Made by a program: the position numbers and the translations under genes | Part shown: in pieces, positions 42,897 to 51,689 of the stretch | How positions within the stretch are numbered: position 1 is the stretch's first letter | Layout of the letters: every line of letters begins with the position of its first letter | NCBI GenBank assembly: GCA_965207755.1 | Contig: OZ242297.1 | Coordinates: forward strand, 2,789,816 to 2,853,815 | Source: Acidimicrobiales bacterium | GTDB taxonomy: Bacteria > Actinomycetota > Acidimicrobiia > Acidimicrobiales > Aldehydirespiratoraceae | DNA length: 64,000 bases | Reading direction: 5' to 3' | Notes under the pieces: generated by a model | The model's database searches: none | Told to the model about the DNA's origin: nothing | What the model saw: only the letters and a program-made list of their open reading frames with translations

Positions 42897-43660
42897 CAGC
42901 GGCCGAGCGACTCCAGGTAGCGGCGAGCCGTCTCGCGCGACTCGGGATCGCGCCTCGCCGCGGCCAGCGAGTCGGCGTCGTTCCAGGCGCCGCCGGTGGG
43001 AACCAGGGCCTCCGCGGCCGCGTCAACCGCTCGCAGGGTGGCTCGCAGGGTGTAGGCCGACTTGGACGCCAGGAGGCGGGCCAGTTCCGTGGCGGCCTCC
43101 TCCAGTTCCGGCGCGGGCACGACCCGGTTGACGAAGCCCAGAGCCCGCGCCTCGGCCGAGCCGAACGGACGGCACGTCATCACCAGGTCGCGGGTGGCCG
43201 CGGGGCCGATCTCCCGCACCAGCCGGGGGATCCCGCCCCACGCCAGCGGTATGCCCAGATCGACCTCGGGTATCACGAAACGCGCATCCTCCGCGACCAC
43301 TCGCAGGTCGCAGGCCGCGGCCAGCACCACGCCGCCGCCCACGCAATGACCGTGTATGGCCGCCACCGTCACCGCCTGCATGGCCGTCACCGCCTCGGCC
43401 ATCACCCGCCCGGCGTCGGTGCCGGCCCGGCCCGGTCCGCGACCGTCGGCGAACGCGGCCAGGTCCGCGCCCGCGGTGAAGGCCCGCCCGTTGCCCCGAA
43501 CGATCACCGCCTTGACCTCGGCGTGGGAGTCGAACCATCCGGCTGCGTCGGTCAACTCCCGAATACACGCCACCGACAGCGGGTTGAGTTTGGCCGGCCT
43601 GTCCAGCAACAGGGTGCCCACCGCCCCGTCGACGCTGACTGTGATCGTGTCGTAGTCCAT
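42896..43660 (-). CDS. enoyl-CoA hydratase/isomerase (crotonase family)
   Basis: The protein reads MDYDTITVSVDGAVGTLLLDRPAKLNPL...RAFTAGADL...IHGHCVGGG. The ATG at 43660 is preceded by GGAAGGA. Confidence 0.9.
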   Translation of the reverse strand: MDYDTITVSVDGAVGTLLLDRPAKLNPLSVACIRELTDAAGWFDSHAEVKAVIVRGNGRAFTAGADLAAFADGRGPGRAGTDAGRVMAEAVTAMQAVTVAAIHGHCVGGGVVLAAACDLRVVAEDARFVIPEVDLGIPLAWGGIPRLVREIGPAATRDLVMTCRPFGSAEARALGFVNRVVPAPELEEAATELARLLASKSAYTLRATLRAVDAAAEALVPTGGAWNDADSLAAARRDPESRETARRYLESLGR

Positions 43661-43896
43661 CGATCCTTCCCGTTCCGCCGATTCCGTCGAGAGCCGAGCC
43701 GGTAGACCCGAACCGCTCGTCGGTGCAGCGAGTCCGTTGAGCGACGCCGTGACCCGAGCGGCCCTCAGGTCGCCGCGAACAAGAGCAGAAATCGTAACAC
43801 TCCGCCGCGAGACGCCCCGGATCCGCCCGCGCTCGGCCGCGGCCACGACGCAACCGATGGCGGCTCGGCGGCAAACGGCTGATAGAAGAAGCCGCC

Positions 43897-44685
43897 ATGA
43901 GAAGAAACCCCATGCGAGAGCGCTGGGCCGCGGGCGAGGCCGCTCTCGGCGGCTGGCTGGGCATCCCCAGCGCCTACTCCGCAGAGATCGTGGCCCGCTG
44001 CGACCTCGACTACGTCTGCGTCGACATCCAGCACGGCATCCTCGACTACAGCGACGCTTGGAAGATGCTGCAGGCCATCAACCTGGGCTCGGGCACGCCG
44101 CTGGTTAGGGTGCCGTGGAACGAGCCGGGTATCATCGGCAAGAGTCTCGACGCCGGTGCCAGGGGGATCATCATTCCCATGGTCGACACCCGGGCCGAGG
44201 CCGCGGCCGCGGTGCGAGCCTGCCGGTACGCGCCCGACGGCAGCCGCAGCTACGCCGGGACCCGGGTGGTGCGCCAGGAGGGCTCCGACTACTTCGCCAA
44301 CGCCAACACCGACGTGGCCGTTGTCCCGATGGTGGAGACGGTCGAAGCGGTGGAGAACCTCGACGGCATCCTGTCGGTGCCGGGAGTGGACGCCATCTAC
44401 GTGGGGCCCTCGGACCTGTCGGTCAGCCTCGGTCTGCATCCGGGCAACAACGACGGCGAGCCCGCCTTCGACGAGGCGGTGGCCCGGATCCTCGAGAGCT
44501 GCGCCCGCCACGGCGTGATCGCGGGATGCCACACGGTGTCGGAACTGTGCCGGCGCCGCATCGAGCAGGGCTTCCGCATGATCACCATCACCTCCGACAC
44601 GGTGGCCCTCACCAGAGCGCTCGACGACGAGCTGCGCCGCGCCCGGGGCGAGGAGCCGGTGGTCCGCTCCAGCTCCATGTACTGA
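43897..44685 (+). CDS. HpcH/HpaI-family aldolase
   Basis: Diagnostic segments are DYVCVDIQHG, LVRVPWNEPGIIGKSLDAGARGIIIPMV and MVETVEAVENLDGI. Confidence 0.85.
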   Translation: MRRNPMRERWAAGEAALGGWLGIPSAYSAEIVARCDLDYVCVDIQHGILDYSDAWKMLQAINLGSGTPLVRVPWNEPGIIGKSLDAGARGIIIPMVDTRAEAAAAVRACRYAPDGSRSYAGTRVVRQEGSDYFANANTDVAVVPMVETVEAVENLDGILSVPGVDAIYVGPSDLSVSLGLHPGNNDGEPAFDEAVARILESCARHGVIAGCHTVSELCRRRIEQGFRMITITSDTVALTRALDDELRRARGEEPVVRSSSMY

Positions 44686-44960
44686 CGGTCCGCGGGACCA
44701 GCCGACACCGCCAACCGGGCCGCAGGACGCCAACCCGGCCACGACACGCACCGTCACCCCGCGGGACCAGCCGGCACCGCCAACCGGGCCGCAGGACGCC
44801 AACCCGGCCACGAGACGCACCGTCACCCCGCGGGACCAGCCGGCACCGCCAACCGGGCCACACACCGCCATCCCGGCCACGACGACACGCACCGTCACCC
44901 CGCGGGGCCGGCCGGCACCGCCAGACGGGCCGCAGGACGCCGGTACGCTGACCCCGTCCG
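44686..44960. repeat. tandem repeat, about 4 copies of 69-72 bp, in the aldolase-ACAD spacer
   Basis: The anchor cgcgggaccagcc (or ggggccggcc) recurs at 44691, 44760, 44829 and 44901. Confidence 0.9.
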
Positions 44961-44998
44961 CCCGGCCCGCCCGCAGCCGCCGGCACCGAGGAGCCGCC

Positions 44999-46222
44999 AT
45001 GGACTTCGAGTTCTCCGACGACCAGAAGGCGTTCGCGGCCGAGGTGGAGGCATTCCTCGACGCCAACCACGACCCCGACGTGTTCGACCTGACCCGCGAG
45101 AACATGGCCCAGCTGGTCGACACCCCCGAGCGCCGGGCGTTCATGAAGGAGATGGGCCGGAAGGGATGGCTGGGCATCACCTGGCCCGCCGAGTACGGCG
45201 GCAGCGAGGGCGAGGGCGTCTACGAGTACCTGCTGAACGAGGCTCTGGCCGCCCGGGGCGGTCCCCAGATCGGCAAGGGGGTCGGCATCGTGGGCAAGAC
45301 GATCATCGCCCACGGCTCCGAGAAGCTGAAGGCCGAGTTCCTGCCCATGATCCTGGAGAACGACGTGGAGTTCGCGGTTGGCTACTCCGAGCCCGACGCC
45401 GGGTCCGACGCCGCCTCCATGCGGCTGCGGGCCGAGCGGCACACCGCGGAGGACGGCACCAGGGGCTGGCTGCTCAACGGCCAGAAGATCTGGACCACGT
45501 CCGCCCATTTCGCCGAGTGGTACTGGCTCGGGACCCGCACCGACCCCGACAACAAGCACATGGGCATCACCCTGATGCTGGTGCCGATGGACCAGCCCGG
45601 CATCACCGTCGACGGCATCTGGACCATGGGCGACGAGCGCACCAACTCGGTGTTCCTAGACAACGTGTTCGTGCCCGACGACTACGTGGTGGGCGAGGTC
45701 GACCACGGGTTCCGCTACATCAGCCAGGCACTCGACCTCGAACGCTTCACGATGTTCACGTTCTCGCCCATCAAGCAGCGCCTCGACCTGCTCACCGATT
45801 GGGTCAAGGACGCGGAGCGCGACGGCGAGGCGGTGCGGTCCGATCCCCGGGTGCGGGCCCGTCTCGCCAACCTGCACGCCGAGGCCGAGGTGGCGCGGGT
45901 GCTCGGCCTGAAGTTCGTGGCCGAGGCGGTGATGGTCGAGCAGGCGGTGCGCGACGGCAGGGAGGGTTTCCAGCCGCCGACGGTGGCCGCCTCGGAGTAC
46001 AAGCTCTACGCCACCGAGCTGTCCAAGCGTCTGGCCGACGCGTCCATGGACATCGCCGGGCCCGGGGCGCAGCTGCGGGTCCACACCAACGACGCCCCCA
46101 TGGACGGCCGGGCGGAGTCGACCTACCGCTTCACCGTGATCGACACCATCGGCGGCGGCTCCTCGGAGATCCAGAAGAACATCATCGCCCGCCGGGGACT
46201 CGGCCTCCCCAAGAACTTCTGA
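44999..46222 (+). CDS. acyl-CoA dehydrogenase (FadE-like)
   Basis: The protein begins MDFEFSDDQKAF and contains GWLGITWPAEYGG, GYSEPDAGSD and GGGSSEIQKNIIA. GAGGAG precedes the ATG. Confidence 0.9.
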   Translation: MDFEFSDDQKAFAAEVEAFLDANHDPDVFDLTRENMAQLVDTPERRAFMKEMGRKGWLGITWPAEYGGSEGEGVYEYLLNEALAARGGPQIGKGVGIVGKTIIAHGSEKLKAEFLPMILENDVEFAVGYSEPDAGSDAASMRLRAERHTAEDGTRGWLLNGQKIWTTSAHFAEWYWLGTRTDPDNKHMGITLMLVPMDQPGITVDGIWTMGDERTNSVFLDNVFVPDDYVVGEVDHGFRYISQALDLERFTMFTFSPIKQRLDLLTDWVKDAERDGEAVRSDPRVRARLANLHAEAEVARVLGLKFVAEAVMVEQAVRDGREGFQPPTVAASEYKLYATELSKRLADASMDIAGPGAQLRVHTNDAPMDGRAESTYRFTVIDTIGGGSSEIQKNIIARRGLGLPKNF

Positions 46223-46224
46223 GC

Positions 46225-46431
46225 GTGCAGGCCATGACGGCGACAGCCCCTGACGGGCGTCGCGGCGCGGTGAGGGGCAGCCCTCGCGCTTCCGGCGCCC
46301 GCAACGGAGTTCGCCGCGGCGCGCCGGTTCGCGCCGGCGACCGCGTCCGCACGGACGGAGTGGCCGCTACTCGCAACGGCGCTCGCCGCGGCTCGCCTGT
46401 TCGCGCCCGTCCCGGGGGCGTGGGAGCGTGA
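46225..46431 (+). repeat. intercistronic segment with 2 copies of a 72-bp repeat and a bridging small ORF
   Basis: The anchor gcaacgg recurs at 46301 and 46373. The ORF runs from GTG 46225 or ATG 46234 to TGA 46429-46431, which overlaps the GTG 46428 start of the next gene. Confidence 0.7.
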
Positions 46432-47618
46432 CGTCCTCCGAGGCGCAGGCCGCCCCGGCGGGCGCGCTCGACGGGGTCAGGGTGCTGGACCTGTCGTCGG
46501 TCGGGCCCGCGGCCCGGGCCACCAGGCTTCTGGCCGACTACGGCGCGGAGGTGGTGAAGGTCGGTCCGGTGCCGCGACGGGCCGGGGCCGCCACCGTTCC
46601 CCCCGCCTACGCCTACAGCGGCCACCGGGGCATGAGGCGGGTGCTGCTCGACCTCAAGTGCGACAGCGGGCGGGACGCCTTCCTCGACCTGGCCCGGGGC
46701 GCCGACGTGGTGGTGGAGAGCTTCCGTCCCGGCGTGGTCGACCGCCTCGGCATCGGCCACGGCGCGGTGCGGGCCGTCAATGAGGGTGTCGTCTACTGCT
46801 CCACCAGCGGCTACGGCCAGAGCGGCCCGAGGCGGAACTGGGCCGGCCACGACCTCAACTACCTGGCCGTCTCCGGCTACCTGCACTGCAGCGGACGCGA
46901 CGCCGGCGGCGTCCCCGCGCTGCCCGGCGCCACGGTGGCCGACATCGCCGCCGGCGGGATGCACGCCGCGCTGGCGGTCACGGCCGCCCTGCTGCGCCGG
47001 GAGCGCACCGGCCACGGCGAGCACCTCGACGTTTCGGTGGCCGACGGGGCGCTGGGGATGATGGCGCTGTACGCCGACGAGCACCTGGCCACCGGCGCCG
47101 AGCCCGGTCCGGGCCACTACATCCTCACCGGCCGCTATGCCTGCTACGGCGTTTACGCCTGCGCCGACGGCGAGTATCTGTCGGTGGCCGCCATCGAGCC
47201 CGCATTCTGGGCCAACCTGTGCCGTGCGCTGGGCTTCGAGCGCTACATCGACGCCCAGACCGATGACGATGCCCAGGACGAGATCCGCGCCGCTGTCTCG
47301 GCCGCACTGGAGACGGCCGACCGCGACGAGTGGGTGCGTCGACTCGGCCCCGCCGACTGCTGTGTCGCCCCGGTCAACAGAATCTCCGAAGCCGTCCGCG
47401 ACGAGCAGTACCTGGCCCGGGGTGCGGTGGTCGATGCCGAGCACCCCCAGGCAGGCGCCGTCGAGCAGATCAGCTCGCTGTGGGCCGGAACGGCAACGCC
47501 GGAGAGCCCGCACCGGCTGCCCGACCCCGGGGCCACCGACACCGCCGCGCTCCTGGCCGAGGCCGGCTACGACGAGACCCGCCTGGCCGGACTGACCGCG
47601 GAAGGAGCCATCGCGTGA
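46428..47618 (+). CDS. family III CoA-transferase (CaiB/BaiF, alpha-methylacyl-CoA-racemase-like)
   Basis: The N-terminal region is LDGVRVLDLSSVGPAARATRLLADYGAEVVKV. GHDLNYLA lies further on. Confidence 0.9.
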   Translation: MTSSEAQAAPAGALDGVRVLDLSSVGPAARATRLLADYGAEVVKVGPVPRRAGAATVPPAYAYSGHRGMRRVLLDLKCDSGRDAFLDLARGADVVVESFRPGVVDRLGIGHGAVRAVNEGVVYCSTSGYGQSGPRRNWAGHDLNYLAVSGYLHCSGRDAGGVPALPGATVADIAAGGMHAALAVTAALLRRERTGHGEHLDVSVADGALGMMALYADEHLATGAEPGPGHYILTGRYACYGVYACADGEYLSVAAIEPAFWANLCRALGFERYIDAQTDDDAQDEIRAAVSAALETADRDEWVRRLGPADCCVAPVNRISEAVRDEQYLARGAVVDAEHPQAGAVEQISSLWAGTATPESPHRLPDPGATDTAALLAEAGYDETRLAGLTAEGAIA

Positions 47619-47790
47619 TGTCCGCCGAACCGGCAAGCCCAACAGGCGGACGGCGGCGCCGAGTTGGATGCCGCCAATCTGATCGCGTGATGTCCGCCGA
47701 ACCGGCAAGCCCAACGGGCGGACGGCGGCGCCGAGTTGGATGCCGTCAATCTGATCGCGTGATGTCCGCCGAACCGGCAAGCCCAACAGA
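47615..47790 (+). repeat. tandem repeat, about 2.4 copies of 72 bp, each beginning GTGATG and so re-creating the upstream stop codon
   Basis: Units start at 47615, 47687 and 47759. The first GTGATG contains the CoA-transferase TGA (47616-47618). Confidence 0.9.
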
Positions 47791-47847
47791 CCCAAGACGG
47801 CCCCCACTCCCCCTGTTCACGGCGCCCTCGACCGCCACCCGATTCAC

Positions 47848-47896
47848 GAACTGGCAGCAGAATGCGCCCCATACGGGGCACCACGCTGCCAATTCC
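47848..47896. repeat. 49-nt two-tier hairpin repeat (variant of the GAATTGGCAGC family)
   Basis: The outer stem is GAACTGGCAGC...GCTGCCAATTC. The inner stem GCCCC-atac-GGGGC replaces GCACG/CGTGC. Confidence 0.75.
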
Positions 47897-47922
47897 CGGA
47901 GTGACGGGGAGGCGGCGACCGC

Positions 47923-48984
47923 ATGACCGGCGAACTGCCTGCCGGCATCGGCGAGCTGATCGGCCGGCCCGTGTACCCGCAGACGGCCGACTTCCCTGCC
48001 GAAATGGGCTACGGCTGGAACACGCTGGCCGCCACCGAGAACGGCAACCCGCTGTACTGGGAACCGGCCGTGGCCGGGATGGTCGCCGGGGACCGCATCC
48101 TGCCCCTCAGCACGCTGTCGCTGTGGATGCGGCCCCACCGCTGGGCGCCCGGCGCCACCACCGAGCAGGTCGCGCTCGGGGTCCACTTCGACCTCAAGGA
48201 GGGTCTGGGGCTCCCCGAGGCCATCATGAGCGACAACACGGTCGTGTTCCACGAGCCCGTGCGCCCCGGCGACGTGATCAGCCACCACCAGGTTCTGCGG
48301 TCGGTGAGCGGGCCCAAGACGACCCGGCTCGGCTCCGGACGGTTCTGGGTGATCGACGTCGAGTACCACAACCAGCACGCGACGCTGGTCGGTGTGGAGT
48401 CCTACACCGGTTTCGGCTACCGCCGGAGCGACCCGGCCCCAGCCGGGCAGCCTCGGGCGCCCCGTCCGACGGAGCCCCCGTCGCCGGACGAGGCTTCCGG
48501 CCCGCGGGCCAAGCCGGACCCCGCCCACGACCAGGTCCGGGTGGGCGACGCCCTGCCCGTGCTCACCCACGACGTGACCGCCACCACCGTCGTGCTCGGC
48601 GCCCTGGCCAGCCGCGACTGGCGGCCGATGCACCACGACTACCGCTTCGCCACCGAGCGAAACGGGGCCCGCGACATCTTCCTGAACACGCCCAACCAGC
48701 TCGCCTGGATCGAGCGGGCCGTCACCGACTGGACCGGGCCCCGCGGCCGGCTGGGGCGGGTCTCGTTCCGCATGCAGGATCCGGTCTTCCCCGGCGACAC
48801 CATGACCATCTCGTCGGTGGTCACGGCGGTGCCCGTCGACGACTCCGGCTGCGGCTGGGCCGAACTCGACCTGGTGCTGCGGGCCGGCGACCGGGTCTGC
48901 ACGACCGGGAGGGCCAAGGTGGCCCTGCCGATGTCGGCGGCCGACAATCCGTGGCAGCGCCGCGGCGAGGACTGGAACCCGTGA
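47923..48984 (+). CDS. double hot-dog-fold (MaoC-like) enoyl-CoA hydratase/dehydratase
   Basis: The N-terminal hot-dog ends FWVIDVEYHN. A linker follows, then the MaoC-type C-terminal half (RPMHHDYRFATERNGARDIFLNTPNQ...FPGDT). Confidence 0.8.
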   Translation: MTGELPAGIGELIGRPVYPQTADFPAEMGYGWNTLAATENGNPLYWEPAVAGMVAGDRILPLSTLSLWMRPHRWAPGATTEQVALGVHFDLKEGLGLPEAIMSDNTVVFHEPVRPGDVISHHQVLRSVSGPKTTRLGSGRFWVIDVEYHNQHATLVGVESYTGFGYRRSDPAPAGQPRAPRPTEPPSPDEASGPRAKPDPAHDQVRVGDALPVLTHDVTATTVVLGALASRDWRPMHHDYRFATERNGARDIFLNTPNQLAWIERAVTDWTGPRGRLGRVSFRMQDPVFPGDTMTISSVVTAVPVDDSGCGWAELDLVLRAGDRVCTTGRAKVALPMSAADNPWQRRGEDWNP

Positions 48985-49021
48985 TGCTCCAGTCCTCCGA
49001 CCAGGCTTGCGGGAGGCGTTG

Positions 49022-50167
49022 ATGCTCGACCTCGACTTCACCCAGGAACAGGAGATGCTGCGCGGCATGGTGCGCGGCCTGTGCAGCGAGCTCTCGCCGC
49101 TGGAGCGTGTGCGGGAGCTCGAGGACGACCCCGACGGCGTCCACCGGGAGCTCTGGCAGCGTTTCGGGGAGCTGGGCCTGTGCGGCCTGATGGTCCCCGA
49201 GAGCGCCGGCGGCTCCGGCATGAGCCTCCTCGACGGGGTCGTGCTCTACGAGGAGTTGGGGCGCTCGCTGGCCCCGCTGCCCCACTTCGTCAGCTGCGTG
49301 CTGTCCGCCGCGGCGATCACCGAGGCCGGGTCGCCGGCCCAGCAGGCCGAGCTGCTGGGCGGCATCGCGTCGGGCGAGACCATCGCGACCGTCGGGTGGC
49401 TGGAGCCGGGCGGGGGCTACAAGCCCCGCGGCGTGCAGCTGGCCGCCCGCGCCGACGGAGACGGCTTCGTGCTGGACGGCGCCAAGGAGCATGTCCCGTT
49501 CGCGGCGGCCGCCGACCTCGTCGTCGTGCTGGCCCGCAGCGGCGACGACGACACCGATATCGACCTGTTCGTGGTGGAGGCGGGCGCCCCGGGCCTGAGC
49601 CTCGACCAGCGGATGTCGATCTCGTCGGACACCCAGTACCGGGCCACCCTCGACGGCGTACACGTCGGTGCCGGCGCCCGCCTGGGCACCCCCGACGCTG
49701 CTGCGGGCGCCGGCTGGGAGGCCTGGCAGCGCGCCATGCACGCCGGCGCGATCCTGGCCGCGGCCCAGGCCGTCGGCGGCGCCTCGGCCGCCCTCGAGAT
49801 GACCGTCGAGTACGCCAAGGAGAGGCGCCAGTTCGACAAGGCCCTGGCCGAGTTCCAGGCCGTCTCGCACTACCTGGCCGACGCCCGCACCGCCCTCGAC
49901 GGCGCCGAACTGCTGGTGTACGAGGCGGCCTGGGCCCACAGCACGGGCCGCTCCACCGAGCGGCTGGCCCCCATGGCCAAGATGTTCGCCTGCCGCACCT
50001 ACCGGGAGATCACCGCCATGTGCCAGCAGGTGTTCGGCGGCATCGGCTTCACTGTGGAGTACGACATCCAGCTCTACTTCCGCCGAGCCAAGCAGCTCCA
50101 GCTCTCCTGGTGGGACCAGGCGACCTGCGAGGACCGCATCGCCGACGCCGTCCTGGGCGCCCGCTAA
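49022..50167 (+). CDS. acyl-CoA dehydrogenase
   Basis: The protein begins MLDLDFTQEQEMLRGMV and contains EYAKERRQFDKALAEFQAV. ATG 49022 follows GGGAGG. The ORF-track TTG at 49007 is probably too early. Confidence 0.9.
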   Translation: MLDLDFTQEQEMLRGMVRGLCSELSPLERVRELEDDPDGVHRELWQRFGELGLCGLMVPESAGGSGMSLLDGVVLYEELGRSLAPLPHFVSCVLSAAAITEAGSPAQQAELLGGIASGETIATVGWLEPGGGYKPRGVQLAARADGDGFVLDGAKEHVPFAAAADLVVVLARSGDDDTDIDLFVVEAGAPGLSLDQRMSISSDTQYRATLDGVHVGAGARLGTPDAAAGAGWEAWQRAMHAGAILAAAQAVGGASAALEMTVEYAKERRQFDKALAEFQAVSHYLADARTALDGAELLVYEAAWAHSTGRSTERLAPMAKMFACRTYREITAMCQQVFGGIGFTVEYDIQLYFRRAKQLQLSWWDQATCEDRIADAVLGAR

Positions 50168-50505
50168 GCGGCCCCGGTTGCGCCCTCGAGTGCGGCTATC
50201 CGCTCGCCGTGGTCCGCCATCGAGGTGAGCAGACGACCATGCTCCTCCAGAGTGGCCTCGATCCTGGCAAGACGACGGCCATGCTCCTCCAGAGTGGCCT
50301 CGATCCTGGTCAATCGACGGCCATGCTCCTCTTGGACGGTCTCAATCTTGGTCAATCGCTCAAGCACCTTGACCAAGATCGCCTCGTTGCGATCGAGGCG
50401 CGCGCCGAGGGATCGAATGTCCGACTTGATTACGGACAGGGAAAAGCCGAGCAGCCCCAAGATGCCCGCACCCAATACTCCGATGATCGCTTCTGCCACG
50501 GTCAT
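50164..50505 (-). CDS. small single-TM coiled-coil protein with 3 copies of a 14-aa (42-bp) repeat
   Basis: The TM segment is MTVAEAIIGVLGAGILGLLGF. The repeats are TKIETVQEEHGRRL, TRIEATLEEHGRRL and ARIEATLEEHGRLL (nt 50237-50362). GGAGGA precedes ATG 50505. G+C is lower than in the flanking sequence. Confidence 0.5.
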   Translation of the reverse strand: MTVAEAIIGVLGAGILGLLGFSLSVIKSDIRSLGARLDRNEAILVKVLERLTKIETVQEEHGRRLTRIEATLEEHGRRLARIEATLEEHGRLLTSMADHGERIAALEGATGAA

Positions 50506-50572
50506 GTCCTCCCAAGTATAGCATGTCCAACCGTCGAGGCCATTCGGCAATAGTTATATAGATCAATATAGC
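50506..50572. promoter_or_regulatory. AT-rich divergent intergenic region with a direct repeat
   Basis: This is the only strongly AT-rich stretch in the core region. TATAGCATG occurs at 50517-50525 and 50567-50575, exactly 50 bp apart, and the second copy contains the ATG of the downstream gene. Confidence 0.3.
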
Positions 50573-51568
50573 ATGATAGTTACCAAGTGTCTCACCCCCC
50601 GGCGGGTCGATCTGCTGCTGGGCGGGGCGGTGACGGTGGCCGCGGTGACCGGCCTGGTGTCCTGGGGCGTCGGCAGCGGCTGGGCCCGCTGGGTGACGGT
50701 CGTCCATGCTCTGGCCGGCCTGAGCCTTCTGGCGCTGGCCCCGGCCAAGCTCCGCGGCTCGGTGCGCACCGGGCTGAAGCGTCGCCGGGCCACCCGGTGG
50801 CTGTCGATGCTGTTGGGCTTGCTGGTGGCAGCCACCGTCGTCCTTGGCATCCTGCACGCCACCGGCCTGTGGCACGGGGTGGGCTACTGGTCGGCGCTGT
50901 GGACCCATTTCCTGCTTGCCGCGCTGCTGGCCCCGCTGGTGGTCTGGCACATCGCAAGCCGGCCCGGCCGTCCCCGCGTGGCCGACCTCGACCGCAGGAC
51001 CCTTGTCGGCGGCAGCGCCGCGGTCGCGGCCGCCGGCATCGCCTACGGGGTCCAGCAACTCGTGGTCGGCGACAACCGGCGCTTCACCGGCTCCCACGAG
51101 ATCGCCTCGTTCAACCCGGCGGAGATGCCGACCACCATGTGGCTCAACGACCGCTCCCCGAGGGTGCCGGCCTCGGGGTGGGAGTTGGTGGTCGCCGGCC
51201 GGACGGTCCCGCTGGAGGATCTGCACGCCCGAGCCGCTCCCGTCGAGGCCGATCTCGACTGCACCGGCGGATGGTGGAGCCGCCAGTCGTGGGACGCGGT
51301 GCCGCTGGCCGAGCTGATGCCGACGGTGGACGCGGCCACACTCGAAGTCACATCGCTGACCGGCTACAGCCGGCTGTTCCCGGCCCGCGACGCCGCCAAC
51401 CTGTACCTGGCCGTCGGCTACAACGGCGAGCCCCTGCGCCGGGGCCACGGCGCGCCCGTCCGTCTGGTGGCGCCGGGGCGCCGGGGCTTCTGGTGGGTGA
51501 AGTGGGTGAGCCGCATCGACCCCGTCGACCGCCCGTGGTGGCTCCAACTGCCGTTCCCGCTGGAGTGA
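50573..51568 (+). CDS. membrane-anchored molybdopterin-binding oxidoreductase (sulfite-oxidase/YedY-like domain)
   Basis: Four N-terminal TM helices are followed by DCTGGWWS, GYNGEPLRRGHGAPVRLVAPGRRGFWWVKWV. Confidence 0.75.
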   Translation: MIVTKCLTPRRVDLLLGGAVTVAAVTGLVSWGVGSGWARWVTVVHALAGLSLLALAPAKLRGSVRTGLKRRRATRWLSMLLGLLVAATVVLGILHATGLWHGVGYWSALWTHFLLAALLAPLVVWHIASRPGRPRVADLDRRTLVGGSAAVAAAGIAYGVQQLVVGDNRRFTGSHEIASFNPAEMPTTMWLNDRSPRVPASGWELVVAGRTVPLEDLHARAAPVEADLDCTGGWWSRQSWDAVPLAELMPTVDAATLEVTSLTGYSRLFPARDAANLYLAVGYNGEPLRRGHGAPVRLVAPGRRGFWWVKWVSRIDPVDRPWWLQLPFPLE

Positions 51569-51689
51569 CCCGCACCAAGCCGGCGGCCGCGTTCGAGTTC
51601 TTCGAGAAGTCGGGCGTGCTGTTCGTGCTTCCGCGACCACGACATCGCCCCGGAGGGGTCCGGCGGCGCGATACTGGGCGCCACCACCG

